From Neoechinorhynchus agilis (lineage: Eukaryota > Animalia > Acanthocephala), in contig CM121342.1 of NCBI GenBank assembly GCA_051530055.1, positions 9,873,480 through 9,937,479 of the forward strand: a stretch of DNA of 64,000 bases, read 5' to 3'. A program made the translations under genes and the position numbers. Under the pieces are notes generated by a model. It made no database searches. It was not told where the DNA came from and saw only the letters and a list, made by a program, of their open reading frames with translations. Below are positions 12,100 through 24,700 of the stretch, piece after piece. Numbering within the stretch: position 1 is the stretch's first letter; every line of letters begins with the position of its first letter.

Positions 12100-14510
12100 C
12101 GGGTGACGTGGGAGAGATTATTGTCGAGGTTACGTAGTAGCGTGTAAAAAGCACACACCCCTACCATCCTTCAACGACTACGTTAAGCATCCCTCGCCTC
12201 GTAAATTATCACCTTTTCATCCTTGCCTCCACTCATCTCTCATCTGCCTAAAACCACTAATCCGCACCCTACCAAATCTGGAAATTTTCGCTTCGCCCCT
12301 CAGAAGCGAAAAATACTTTGGACGCGCACACTACCTCACCTCTTACCACCACCTCTTCAACTCTCAATATCCTGCTTCCTCCCGAGTTCATCCCGCATGC
12401 TCAGTTCCCACCGTTATGGTCCCTACACTCAAATCACCCCTTACTACAGTGTCCACCATCGAATCCATTACCCCCGAACTACCCCATCGGTCAACTCCCA
12501 TCCCTTCTCTCCCTACGCAGCTTCAACCCTCTCCGTCAGTGTCCACCCCTCATGTCCCTTCTAAACTTCCCTTACGCTTCTCCTCCCGCCTTGATAAAAT
12601 TTTCTCAAACATCAGGCAATACTCGTGCACTACCAAACTCCCCCGATCGCCTCGTCTGACCATTGTTCAATCCTTCTCTCCCCCTCATCACCTCAAAAAC
12701 GTTCCCTTTCCGACCCCTACGTTTTCTGGGATAAACGTGATCACCATTCCCAATCTTTTGCTGTATGCGTCAATTCTCTTATCACGCAAAACCGCTCTAC
12801 CATCTTTAGCACCGACCCCTCGATTGCAATGGGCTCTTTGTTAAATCTAATAGAATCTGCGATGAAGGCCTCCTATCCTCGCAAAACAATACGAATCTCG
12901 AACCGCGACTCTCCATGGTTCTCGCCTTTTCTAAAAACCCTCAAATGCAGGTCACCAAAGCTTTCCGGTCAGGTAATCCCGCTTACACCTCCCTCCACTT
13001 CACACTGACAAAACTCATCCGTATAGGCCGCAAAGTATTCCTCTCATCTCGTCTCCCGTTCGCTCCCAATCGAAACTGGTGGCGTGAAATAAAAAATGTC
13101 ACTGGTCTTGGTAGATCCACCTCCTTCGCATCTCTCCCCAAATCTGATCTCCTCTCAATTCTTAGCTCCATGAATAAAAACCTCCGTCCTCCCCAAAGCT
13201 CCAATCCATTGTTCCAACCTCCCTTCTCACTTTCTGACCCGCCCATTCATACATGCCTTCCTTAGTTTCCCCTCTCGAAATCCTAGAGATCCTTAAACGC
13301 CTGCCCCGTCACCATTCGTTTCATCATCCCGGAACTTATCGATCCTCTAACACACATAACGAACCTTAGCTTTCTACTGGGCTCTTTCCCATCGTGCCTT
13401 AAGAAAGCCCGCGTCGTCCCCCTACCCAAAAACGATAAACCGATTTCCCACACATCCTTTCGCCCCATCTCTATCCTCTCACCTTTCTCTAAAATCTTAG
13501 AAAAATGTTTTAAAACCCGCCTACTTTCCTTCTTCCTCAAAAACATCTCCCCTTCCCAATTCGCTTTCCGTCCCAATTACTCTTGTTCTGATGCCCTCCT
13601 CTGCATCTACGATACGCTTGTGCGCAGCTTAGATTCCAGTCCAACATCAACCGTCCGTCTCGTACAACTGGATATTTCCAGGGCGTTCGAGTCGGTAGAT
13701 CACTCCCTTATCCTCCAATCATGTGCTTCCTTTGGCCTCCCAACCTGGCAACTCGCTTGGATTTCCTCTTTCCTCTCCAACCAACTTTTTCCTCTTCTCT
13801 GCCCATATTTAAAGGGGGTCCCCAAGGCGCCGTACTTTCCCCACTCCTCTTTGACATTTTTCTAAATGACCTCCATCCCCTCACTTCCCCTACCAAATAT
13901 TTTCTCTATGCAGATGACCTCACAGTCATTACCATCGCTTCCACCCTAAACCTCTCCCTAAATTTATCCAGATCTTTTGAGCTTGTCCCCCACATTTCCA
14001 AACGCAACCTTATCCCCGCGCCTCTCCCTCTCCCCATCCAACGCTCCTCTTCTCTCCGAATACTGGGCCCGATTTTACAAGAAAACCTAAAATGGGATGC
14101 CCACATTTCAGTTACACTCTCTAAAACAAACCCTGGTCTTTACCTCCTCTGACTCCTCCGGCGTCTTGGCGTTTCCCTAAACACCTTGCCCACTTTTACA
14201 TCCTTACATACGCTTTCCCCACTTTCCTCGCCCTTTCCGTCAATACTCTCCATTCCCTCGAAACCTTCCACAAGAGAGCAGCGAGAATATGCGGGACTTC
14301 ACTCCCTTCCCATCGACGCCCACCTCCACTCCATTTTCTCCAAAAACGCCCTCCGTCTTCTTCAACCCCCTCCACAATTTTCTTCCCTCATCTCTAAATA
14401 CTCTTCCCTCGTAAACACCCGTAACCCCAACCTTTTTCATCCGACCCTCGCTCGTGCCACCCTCAACCAAAAATCTTTCTTCCCCCAAGCCCAATCTTTC
14501 CTTAATAACC
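12100..14510 (+). mobile_element. Decayed non-LTR retrotransposon, CR1/L2 group (APE endonuclease + reverse transcriptase)
   Basis: APE motifs LDKIFSN and SSDHC; RT motifs KKARVVPLPK..FRPISILSPFSKILEK, QFAFRP, QLDISRAFESVDH, GVPQGAVLSPLLF.IFLND, YADD; many frameshifts and stops. Confidence 0.92.
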
Positions 14511-14702
14511 GGAGAACAAGGAAAGACTCCCAATCGGTCATCTCCTGTACAAAGCCTCCGATCACACATTAAAACTCCTTCAAAGACAAGTCTCACCTCC
14601 CTTGCCTCAGCATCCGACATCCAGACACCTTCAGCAAAGATAGATGCTAGTAAGTGTGTGGATCGTGCTTTTCTTAAATTAATAAAACGTGTTTTATACG
14701 AT

Positions 14703-15230
14703 GTAAAAAGTCGAAAATATTTTAGTACTTTCTTGGCGAGGATTACAGGTTGGATGAAGATTTCGTGGAGGCTGTTAATCCTTGGTGTGAATATTCCGGT
14801 AGCGAGCAAGTACTTGTCAATGGTCGACCGTGGAACCGTCGGGACGTACACGCCGAAATGAACGCAATTCTTTGTCGTGCCCCGAATAATGTGAATGCGC
14901 CCAACATCCTAGAACCGAGTGAACGGTGCCACCGTATTCCCGTCGACAATAACATAAAATTCGCCTCGGTTAAACAGGGATAGCAGAGACCGCCCCGAGA
15001 AACACAAAAAAGACAAAATACAGGGCTTGGTGCGAAATCATTATTTTATTCTCTTTGGCGTCGAGACGCTCGGATCACTTGGTACCGCGGCGCAGGATCT
15101 GGTCAATCAATTGTCCAAGAGACTGACGACGAGGAGCATTCCTCCTGCAAAACATAACTTTGGCTCTGCAACGGGAGGGAACACTACATCCGTCCTTTCG
15201 ACCGTTACACCAGGAGCAGCTGAGTGATCA
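14703..15230 (+). mobile_element. 3' fragment of a CRE-clade element with restriction-like endonuclease (RLE) domain
   Basis: HAEMNAILCRA...ILEPS, K.KY, YF.LFGVETLGSLG.AA.DLV.QLSKRL; homologous to 49262-49790 and to the C-terminus of the element at 37.5-40 kb. Confidence 0.75.
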
Positions 15231-15490
15231 TAACTGGTGGCGTGGGTGTTTACTGCTCATAATAAATGGAAACAAAATTCTGTCAAATATTTTTTGTTTC
15301 AAACTACAGTCCACGTTTTAAATAATTTTAGTTGCTTTGAATTCGGACGAATCGACTACATTTATCGTGTAGCAAATATCGCTATCCAGTGCACAAGCGG
15401 AAACGTTTCTTTAAAAACATCTTAGCTGTACCGATTTTAATCTCAACCTAATGCCTTTGTATTCTTTAGATCAATTCTCGAACACTCACA

Positions 15491-17219
15491 CTATTCTTCA
15501 TTTGCTATTTCTTGAGGTTCCGATACCTGCTCTTCTGTTGGCTTCCTCCAGATTCTACTAAACGTTGCTCTTGCACTTTGTCGTAGCCCCTTCATGTCAG
15601 AAAGCTCTGCCATCGTATGGTATTTTGTCTCAGGTAAAAATATTATCAGTATGGCAAGAAAAAGTGCAAATCCTCCAATCGAGAGCATAGTAACGAGTCG
15701 TTGAGAAGTAAGTTGCTCATTCAAGAAAGGACTTAATGCTGTTATGACTCGACTGAAAAAGATAGAAACTCCCATTCCGAATTGTCTGTATCTCGTTGGA
15801 AATAGTTCTGGTACGAATATCCAAACAAAATCAGCATTAGCCGCAGCCGAGAACTTTGCAATGTGATTGAAGACGTTCAATGCTGCATTATCGCTTGTAG
15901 GAAGGACAGCAAATATTATAGATATGAGTACAAGTAGAAGATGACTGAAAAGACTTAGAGTTTTTCGTCCGAAGAATCTCGTTGCGACGCCACATAAGAC
16001 AAATTGTGGAGCTTCAATAATAGCTGTGATAAAGAAATGGAGGTAAATGTTGGATGAGAATGCGGACGCTGATAGGGTAAATCCGAAATAACCAAAAGAA
16101 GCCAATGACATTATGAGACATCCGCAAAACAACGTGTATGGAAACAAAATTGACGAAAACATTGCTCTTAGGTTTTTCTTTAGCCGATTTAGTAACGTGA
16201 CACGGGTTTGTGCCGATGGATCATCAACGATCAGTCCGATATTGTCGTCAAGTGTACAAAATATTTGGTCCTGTGATTTCGTAGAGTTAGTTTTGTATGC
16301 TTCGGCCAATATTTTATTTACATCGGCTTGTCGTTTATGAACAGCTAGCCAAAATAAACTTTCTCTCATAATCCAATAATAGAGTACGGTGATTGCGACT
16401 GGAACATAAACTGTCAAATAAAGATTCCGCCATCCTCTAACAAAATAAGCGACTAAATCCAAGATCATCATTCCTATACCCCAAATGAAATTAGCCATTG
16501 TACACGGGATGCCCCGGTATTCGGCTGCAAAGATTTCAACGCTGAGAATATAAGAAGAGAGACCACACATCTCCCAGCATATTCCAGATAAAAATCGAAA
16601 TGCTATAAATAAATATCAAGATGATTCCGATCAATAAGAAAGATATAATGATTTTAGCTGATCGGATGCATCCTATTTAGATGGTATTTGAGAGCGCACA
16701 ACCGATTCCGCATATGATATTGAGCCAATATCCGAGAAGAGCGATTGGTTTCTTACCAAAGTTGTCGCCAAACGTTGACAAAACGGCTGCCCCGATCGCT
16801 GCTCCAATGAAGAAGGCTGACTGTGGAATATCCTTCAAGTATTCCCGATCGCAGTATAGATCAAAGGTAAACACCAGTGATCTGTCCTTGGGAAGTGGGT
16901 GCATGTAGCCGTTAGGACAGGGTATTGTTTTGTTTGATAGCGAAGTATAATTCTCAAAGACTTTACATTTTTCGAATTTTCCATCTACACCAACTGGAAT
17001 CGCGTCGCTCATTGAAACATTATCCGGGATCCAACATGTATAATCAGCATTATTCGTGAAATAATCAATGAGCGAAGTCATCGAGGTTACTATACTGTAG
17101 GATGAATTGATCAAGAACATCCAAGTCTGCCATAAACTTGTTCTAGTGAAATATAAATTAACTGTCGACATCTTCCGCAAGATACCTTCAATCTCCACAT
17201 TTGGAATCGAGTTTGACAT
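15491..17219 (-). CDS. SLC22-family organic cation/anion transporter (MFS), copy A; 2 exons
   Basis: Extracellular loop CWIP...C..F.NY...CPNG...FDLYCDR; motifs D.FGKKP, FRFLSG, VEIF...YRG, FFGRK, ELFPTRYR, FLPETK. One 64-nt intron at about 16615-16678. Confidence 0.93.
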
Positions 17220-18392
17220 TTTCGCTGGAGCCTCTTTTCTCGGGCACACTTTTTACTCTTTTTTTCTAGAGATGAATCATGAAACACTTTAACAACTCAG
17301 AACGATGAGATTTAAACGTTCTTTTTAAAACAATGGCAGTAAATAATAGAAACTAAAAAGGTTGCAATCATGTATTGACTTTACGCAGCAAGAATAGGCG
17401 GTAAGGTGATTCATAAAAAGAACACTTTGGATTTTCATTAATAATAGATCGTAGCAAAACTCGTTTCATTAGTTATCTGCGCATAAATAAAGCAGCGCTT
17501 TTAAAATTTTAGATTCATAAAAAGCTATCTTCTCAAAGATCTCGCGTTCTTGGGAAATTCACCAGTCGAGTTCGCAATTTCAAAAAAGGTAGAAACTCAA
17601 CAATGCTGGAAAATAATTTTGAATGATAAAGTAGTGAAATTCCCGTTGTTATAGAAGTTCAAGGATTGAATCGTGTAAGTATTTAGCTTCAAAATATTGT
17701 TGTAGATGAGATTACGTAAACTCTCGAGCTTGAAGATAACAATCGCTCTGTTAATATGTTTGTTAAAATTAATCACTTGGAAAATAAGGATCGCTAAAAA
17801 ATTGCGTTCAATCCGTTAGCTAACAATCAAACGCGATCGTTACTGTAATATTATCAGATGAAGAACCGCATACTGTCTTCTAGAATTCGAAGAGATCTCA
17901 ACTATGTAAACTCGAAGCTTTAGGAACATTTAAATAGAATTTTGAGGCAATTTTTAAACTTAAAAAATATTATTAAGAATAATGAACTAACCATAAAACG
18001 AAAAAAGTGCACCATACGAGTTTCATAAATATATTCAATAACAAACATTTAATAGGTAGAAAACAACAAAATTCTTTGCCTCTTAATTCGACAAATTCGA
18101 TTTGGAAAAGCTAAATTTTAATACGCATTCGAAATTAAGGAAACACGTTACAAAAGCTTTAACGATATATTTTTATTAGAATAAATGTCTCGCAACTCTA
18201 AGGAAGGAACGGGTGTAAGGCAGAAAATGCTACAGTTTTATAAGCAATAATCTTCTGCTGGATAATTATATAAACAAATGGTACTTTAGAGTGATGGTGA
18301 TCAACTCTATGGAGGGGTTTTCAGTGGTAAAAATAAAGATTTACTGTTTACGTTTTGCATTTTGCACTCGCACATACGAAACTAGCTGTCAG

Positions 18393-18740
18393 TCCTCTTC
18401 TCATTCTAAATACTTCTTGTATGCTGATGATCTTAAAATCCTTAGGCATGCACCGGTTCCACTATCACTCTCAAATACTTCTAACGAGATTTCTTACTTT
18501 CAAGAATTTTGCTCCTCTAAATGTCTTAATCTTAACTTAACAAAGTGTTTCAAAATCGTCCCCCCAATCTGAAAAAGCCCCTCAGATAAGCCGTTTCTTC
18601 TTTTTCCTATCAATCGCATCTCCTCTGCTCGTAAACCTGGTATTCATTTCCATGAAAATCTAAAATTAGACGAGCTCCATCTTCTTAAGCGCCTCCGATT
18701 CCTTGGATAATCATCTAAAAATCTTAGGTACTTTTATAAC
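18393..18740 (+). mobile_element. RT fragment of the same CR1/L2-group family
   Basis: SKYFLYADDLKIL, LNLTKCFKI, and KPGIHFHENLK (cf. ILQENLKWD in the 12-14 kb copy). Confidence 0.7.
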
Positions 18741-18743
18741 GCC

Positions 18744-21700
18744 GCGCTTAAACATGCGGCTAATTAACACTGAAATGTTGCTAGAAAATAAAAGGAGAGA
18801 TGTAGAAACTTTTCCAGATACAGGCAAATAAGCACAAAAACTCATAAGTTGACAAACACACGTGGACGCGTAAACATGTGAACACGAATCGATACGCGCA
18901 AGTGCACATAACAATGTACTCGCTAATTAACACTGAAATGTTGCTAGAAAATAAAAGGAGAGATGTAGAAACTTTTCCAGATACAGAAAAATAAGCACAA
19001 AAACTCATAAGTTGACAAATACACACACGTGGACGCGTAAACATGTGAACACGAATCGATACGCGCAAGTGCACATAACAATGTACTCGCTAATTAACAC
19101 TGAAATGTTGCTAGAAAATAAAAGGAGAGATGTAGAAACTTTTCCAGATACAGGCAAATAAGCACAAAAACTCATAAGTTGACAAATACACACACGTGGA
19201 CGCGTAAACATGTGAACACGAATCGATACGCGCTAGAAAAGCACAGAAACAATGTACTCGCTAATTAACACTGAAATGTTGCTCGAAAATAAAAGGAGAG
19301 GAGAGATGTAGAAACTTTTCCAGATACAGGGAAATAAGCACAAAAACTCATAAGTTGACAAATACACACACGTGGACGCGTAAACATGTGAACACGAATC
19401 GATACGCGCAAGTGCACATAACAATGTACTCGCTAATTAACACTGAAATGTTGCTAGGAAATAAAAGGAGAGATGTAGAAACTTTTCCAGATACAGAAAA
19501 ATAAACACAAAAACTCATAAGTTGACAAATACACACACGTGGACGCGTAAACATGTGAACACGAATCGATACGCGCAAGTGCACATAACAATGTACTCGC
19601 TAATTAACACTGAAATGTTGCTAGAAAATAAAAGAAGAGATGTAGAAACTTTTCCAGATACAGGCAAATAAGCACAAAAACTCATAAGTTGACAAATACA
19701 CACACGTGGACGCGTAAACATGTGAACACGAATCGATACGCGCAAGTGCACATAACAATGTACTCGCTAATTAACACTGAAATGTTGCTAGGAAATAAAA
19801 GGAGAGATGTAGAAACTTTTCAAGATACAGGCAAATAAGCACAAAAACTCATAAGTTGACAAATACACACACGTGGACGCGTAAACATGTGAACACGAAT
19901 CGATACGCGCAAGAGCACATAACAATGTACTCGCTAATTAACACTGAAATGTTGCTAGGAAATAAAAGGAGAGATGTAGAAACTTTTCCAGATACAGGGA
20001 AATAAGCACAAAAACTCATAAGTTGACAAATACACACACGTGGACGCGTAAACATGTGAACACGAATCGATACGCGCAAGAGCATAACAATGTACTCGCT
20101 AATTAACACTGAAATGTTGCTAGAAAATAAAAGGAGAGATGTAGAAACTTTTCCAGATACAGGCAAATAAGCACAAAAACTCATAAGTTGACAAATACAC
20201 ACACGTGGACGCGTAAACATGTGAACACGAATCGATACGCGCAAGCGCACATAACAATGTACTCGCTAATTAACACTGAAATGTTGCTAGGAAATAAAAA
20301 GAGAGATGTAGAAACTTTTCCAGATACAGAAAAATAAGAACAAAAACTCATAAGTTGACAAATACACACACGTGGACGCGTAAACATGTGAACACGAATC
20401 GATACGCGCAAGTGCACATAACAATGTACTCGCTAATTAACACTGAAATGTTGCTAGAAAATAAAAGAAGAGTTGTAGAAACTTTTCCAGATACAGAAAA
20501 ATAAGAACAAAAACTCATAAGTTGACAAATACACACACGTTGACGCGTAAACATGTGAACACGAATCGATACGCGCAAGTGCACATAACAATGTACTCGC
20601 TAATTAACACTGAAATGTTGCTAGAAAATAAAAGAAGAGATGTAGAAACTTTTCCAGATACAGAAAAATAAGAACAAAAACTCATAAGTTGACAAATACA
20701 CACACGTGGACGCGTAAACATGTGAACACGAATCGATACGCGCAAGAGCACATAACAATGTACTCGCTAATTAACACTGAAATGTTGCTAGGAAATAAAA
20801 GGAGAGATGTAGAAACTTTTCCAGATACAGGCAAATAAGCACAAAAACTCATAAGTTGACAAATACAAACACGTGGACGCGTAAACATGTGAACACGAAT
20901 CGATACGCGCTAGTGCACATAACAATGTACTCGCTAATTAACAATGAAATGTTGCTAGGAAATAAAAGGAGAGATGTAGAAACTTTTCCAGATACAGAAA
21001 AATAAGCACAAAAACTCATAAGTTGACAAATACACACACGTGGACGCGTAAACATGTGAACACGAATCGATACGCGCAAGTGCACATAACAATGTACTCG
21101 CTAATTAACACTGAAATGTTGCTAGAAAATAAAAGGAGAGATCTAGAAACTTTTCCAGATACAGAAAAATAAGCACAAAAACTCATAAGTTGACAAATAC
21201 ACACACGTCGACGCGTAAACATGTGAACACGAATCGATACGCGCAAGAGCACATAACAATGTACTCGCTAATTAACACTGAAATGTTGCTAGGAAATAAA
21301 AGGAGAGATGTAGAAACTTTTCCAGATACAGAAAAATAAGGACAAAAACTCATAAGTTGACAAATACATACACGTGGACGCGTAAACATGTGAAAACGAA
21401 TCGATACGCGCAAGAGCACATAACAATGTACTCGCTAATTAACACTGAAATGTTGCTAGAAAATAAAAGAAGAGATGTAGAAACTTTTCCAGATACAGAA
21501 AAATAAGCACAAAAACTCATAAGTTGACAAATACACACACGTGAAGGCGTAAACATGCGAACACGAATCGAAACGCGCAAGTGCACATAACAATGTACTC
21601 GCTAATTAACACTGAAATGTTGCTAGAAAATAAAAGAAGAGATGTAGAAACTTTTCCAGATACAGAAAAATAAGCACAAAAACTCATAAGTTGACAAATA

Positions 21701-24700
21701 CACACACGTGGACGCGTAAACATGTGAACACGAATCGATACGCGCAAGTGCACATAAGAATGTACTCGCTAATTAACACTGAAATGTTGCTAGAAAATAA
21801 AAGGAGAGATGTAGAAACTTTTCCAGATACAGGCAAATAAGCACAAAAACTCATAAGTTGACAAATACACACACGTGGACACGTAAACATGTGAACACGA
21901 ATCGATACGCGCAAGTGCACATAACAATGTACTCGCTAATTAACACTGAAATGTTGCTAGAAAATAAAAGAAGAAATGTAGAAACATTTCCAGATACAGG
22001 CAAATAAGCACAAAAACTCATAAGTTGACAAATACACACACGTGGACGCGTAAACATGTGAACACGAATCGATACGCGCAAGAGCACATAACAATGTACT
22101 CGCTAATTAACACTGAAATGTTGCTAGGAAATAAAAGGAGAGATGTAGAAACTTTTCAAGATACAGAAAAATAAACACAAAAACTCATAAGTTGACAAAT
22201 GCACACACGTGGACGCTTAAACATGCGAACACGAATCGATACGCGCAAGTGCACATAACAATGTACTCGCTAATTAACACTGAAATGTTGCTAGGAAATA
22301 AAAGGAGAGATGTAGAAACTTTCCCAGATACAGGCAAATAAGCACAAAAACTCATAAGTTGACAAATACACACACGTGGACGCTTAAACATGCGAACACG
22401 AATCGATACGCGCAAGTGCACATAACAATGTACTCGCTAATTTAACACTGAAATGTTGCTAGAAAATAAAAAGGAGAGATGTAGAAACTTTTCCAGATAC
22501 AGGCAAATAAGCACAAAAACTCATAAGTTGACAAATACACACACGTGGACGCGTAAACATGTGAACACGAATCGATACGCGCAAGAGCACATAACAATGT
22601 ACTCGCTAATTAACACTGAAATGTTGCTAGAAAATAAAAGAAGAAATGTAGAAACTTTTCCAGATACAGGCAAATAAGCACAAAAACTCATAAGTTGACA
22701 AATACACACACGTGGACGCGTAAACATGTGAACACGAATCGATACGCGCAAGAGCACATAACAATGTACTCGCTAATTAACACTGAAATGTTGCTAGAAA
22801 ATAAAAGAAGAAATGTAGAAACTTTTCCAGATACAGGCAAATAAGCACAAAAACTCATAAGTTGACAAATACACACACGTGGACGCGTAAACATGTGAAC
22901 ACGAATCGATACGCGCAAGTGCACATAACAATGTACTCGCTAATTAACACTGAAATGTTGCTAGAAAGCAAAAGGAGAGATGTAGAAACTTTTCAAGATA
23001 CAGAAAAATAAGCACAAAAACTCATAAGTTGACAAATACACACACGTGGACGCGTAAACATGCGAACACGAATCGATACGCGCAAGTGCACATAACAATG
23101 TACTCGCTAATTAACACTGAAATGTTGCTAGAAAAAAAAAGAAGAGATGTGGAAACTTGTCCAGATACAGGCAAATAAGCACAAAAACTCATAAGTTGAC
23201 AAATACACACACGTGGACGCGTAAACATGTGAACAACTGATACGCGCAAGAGCACATAACAATGTACTCGCTAATTAACACTGAAATGTTGCTAGGAAAT
23301 AAAAGGAGAGATGTAGAAACTTTTCCAGATACAGGCAAATAAGCACAAAAACTCATAAGTTGACAAATACACACACGTGGACGCGTAAACATGTGAACAC
23401 GAATCGATACGCGCAAGCGCACATAACAATGTACTCGCTAATTAACACTGAAATGTTGCTAGAAAATAAAAGGAGAGATGTAGAAACTTTTCCAGATACA
23501 GGCAAATAAGCACAAAAACTCATAAGTTGACAAATACACACACGTGGACGTGTAAACATGCGAACACGAATCGATACGCGCAAGTGCACATAACAATGTA
23601 CTCGCTAATTAACACTGAAATGCTGCTAGGAAATAAAAGGAGAGATGTAGAAACTTTTCCAGATACAGGCAAATAAGCACAAAAACTCATAAGTTGACAA
23701 ATACACACACGTGGACGCGTAAACATGTGAACACGAATCGATACGCGCAAGAGCACATAACAATGTACTCGCTAATTAACACTGAAATGTTGCTAGGAAA
23801 TAAAAGGAGAGATGTAGAAACTTTTCCAGATACAGGAAAATAAGCACAAAAACTCATAATTTGACAAATACACACATGTGGACGCGTGTAAACATGTGAA
23901 CACGAATCGATACGCGCAAGAGCACATAACAATGTAGTCCTCGCTAATTAACACTGAAATGTTGCTAGGAAATAAAAGGAGAGATGTAGAAACTTTTCAA
24001 GATACAGAAAAATAAGCACAAAAAACTCATAAGTTGACAAATACACACACGTGGACGCTTAAACATGCGAACTCGAATCGATACGCGCAAGTGCACATAA
24101 CAATGTACTCGCTAATTAACACTGAAATGTTGCTAGGAAATAAAAGGAGAAATGTAGCAACTTTTCCAGATACAGAAAAATAAGCACAAAAACTCATGAG
24201 TTGACAAATACACACACGTGGACGCGTAAACATGTGAACACGAATCGATACGCGCAAGAGCACACAACAATGTACTCGCTAATTTACACTGAAATGTTGC
24301 TAGAAAATAAAAGGAGAGATGTAAAAACTTTTCCAGATACAGGCAAATAAGCAGTAAAACTCATAAGTTGACAAATACACACACGTGGACGCGTAAACAT
24401 GTGAACACGAATCGATACGCGCAAGAGCACATAACAATGTACTCGCTAATTAACACTGAAATGTTGCTAGGAAATAAAAGGAGAGATGTAGAAACTTTTC
24501 CAGATACAGAAAAATAAGAACAAAAACTCATAAGTTGACAAATACACACACGTGGACGCGTAAACATGTGAACACGAATCGATACGCGCAAGTGCACATA
24601 ACAATGTACTCGCTAATTAACACTGAAATGTTGCTAGGAAATAAAAGGAGAGATGTAGAAACTTTTCCAGATACAGGCAAATAAGCACAAAAACTCATAA

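Larger units (their letters stand above)
14703..18392. repeat. Segmental duplication, copy A (direct repeat of 49262-53042)
   Basis: Collinear and near-identical from about 15240 to 18168 at an offset of about 34,562; more diverged or patchy at both ends. Confidence 0.97.

Noticed and set aside
15491-17219. Stop-codon reassignment or readthrough as the explanation for split ORFs
   Set aside because: The inserts (58, 59, 61, 64, 266 nt) are not multiples of three, and genes terminate normally at TAA, TAG and TGA.
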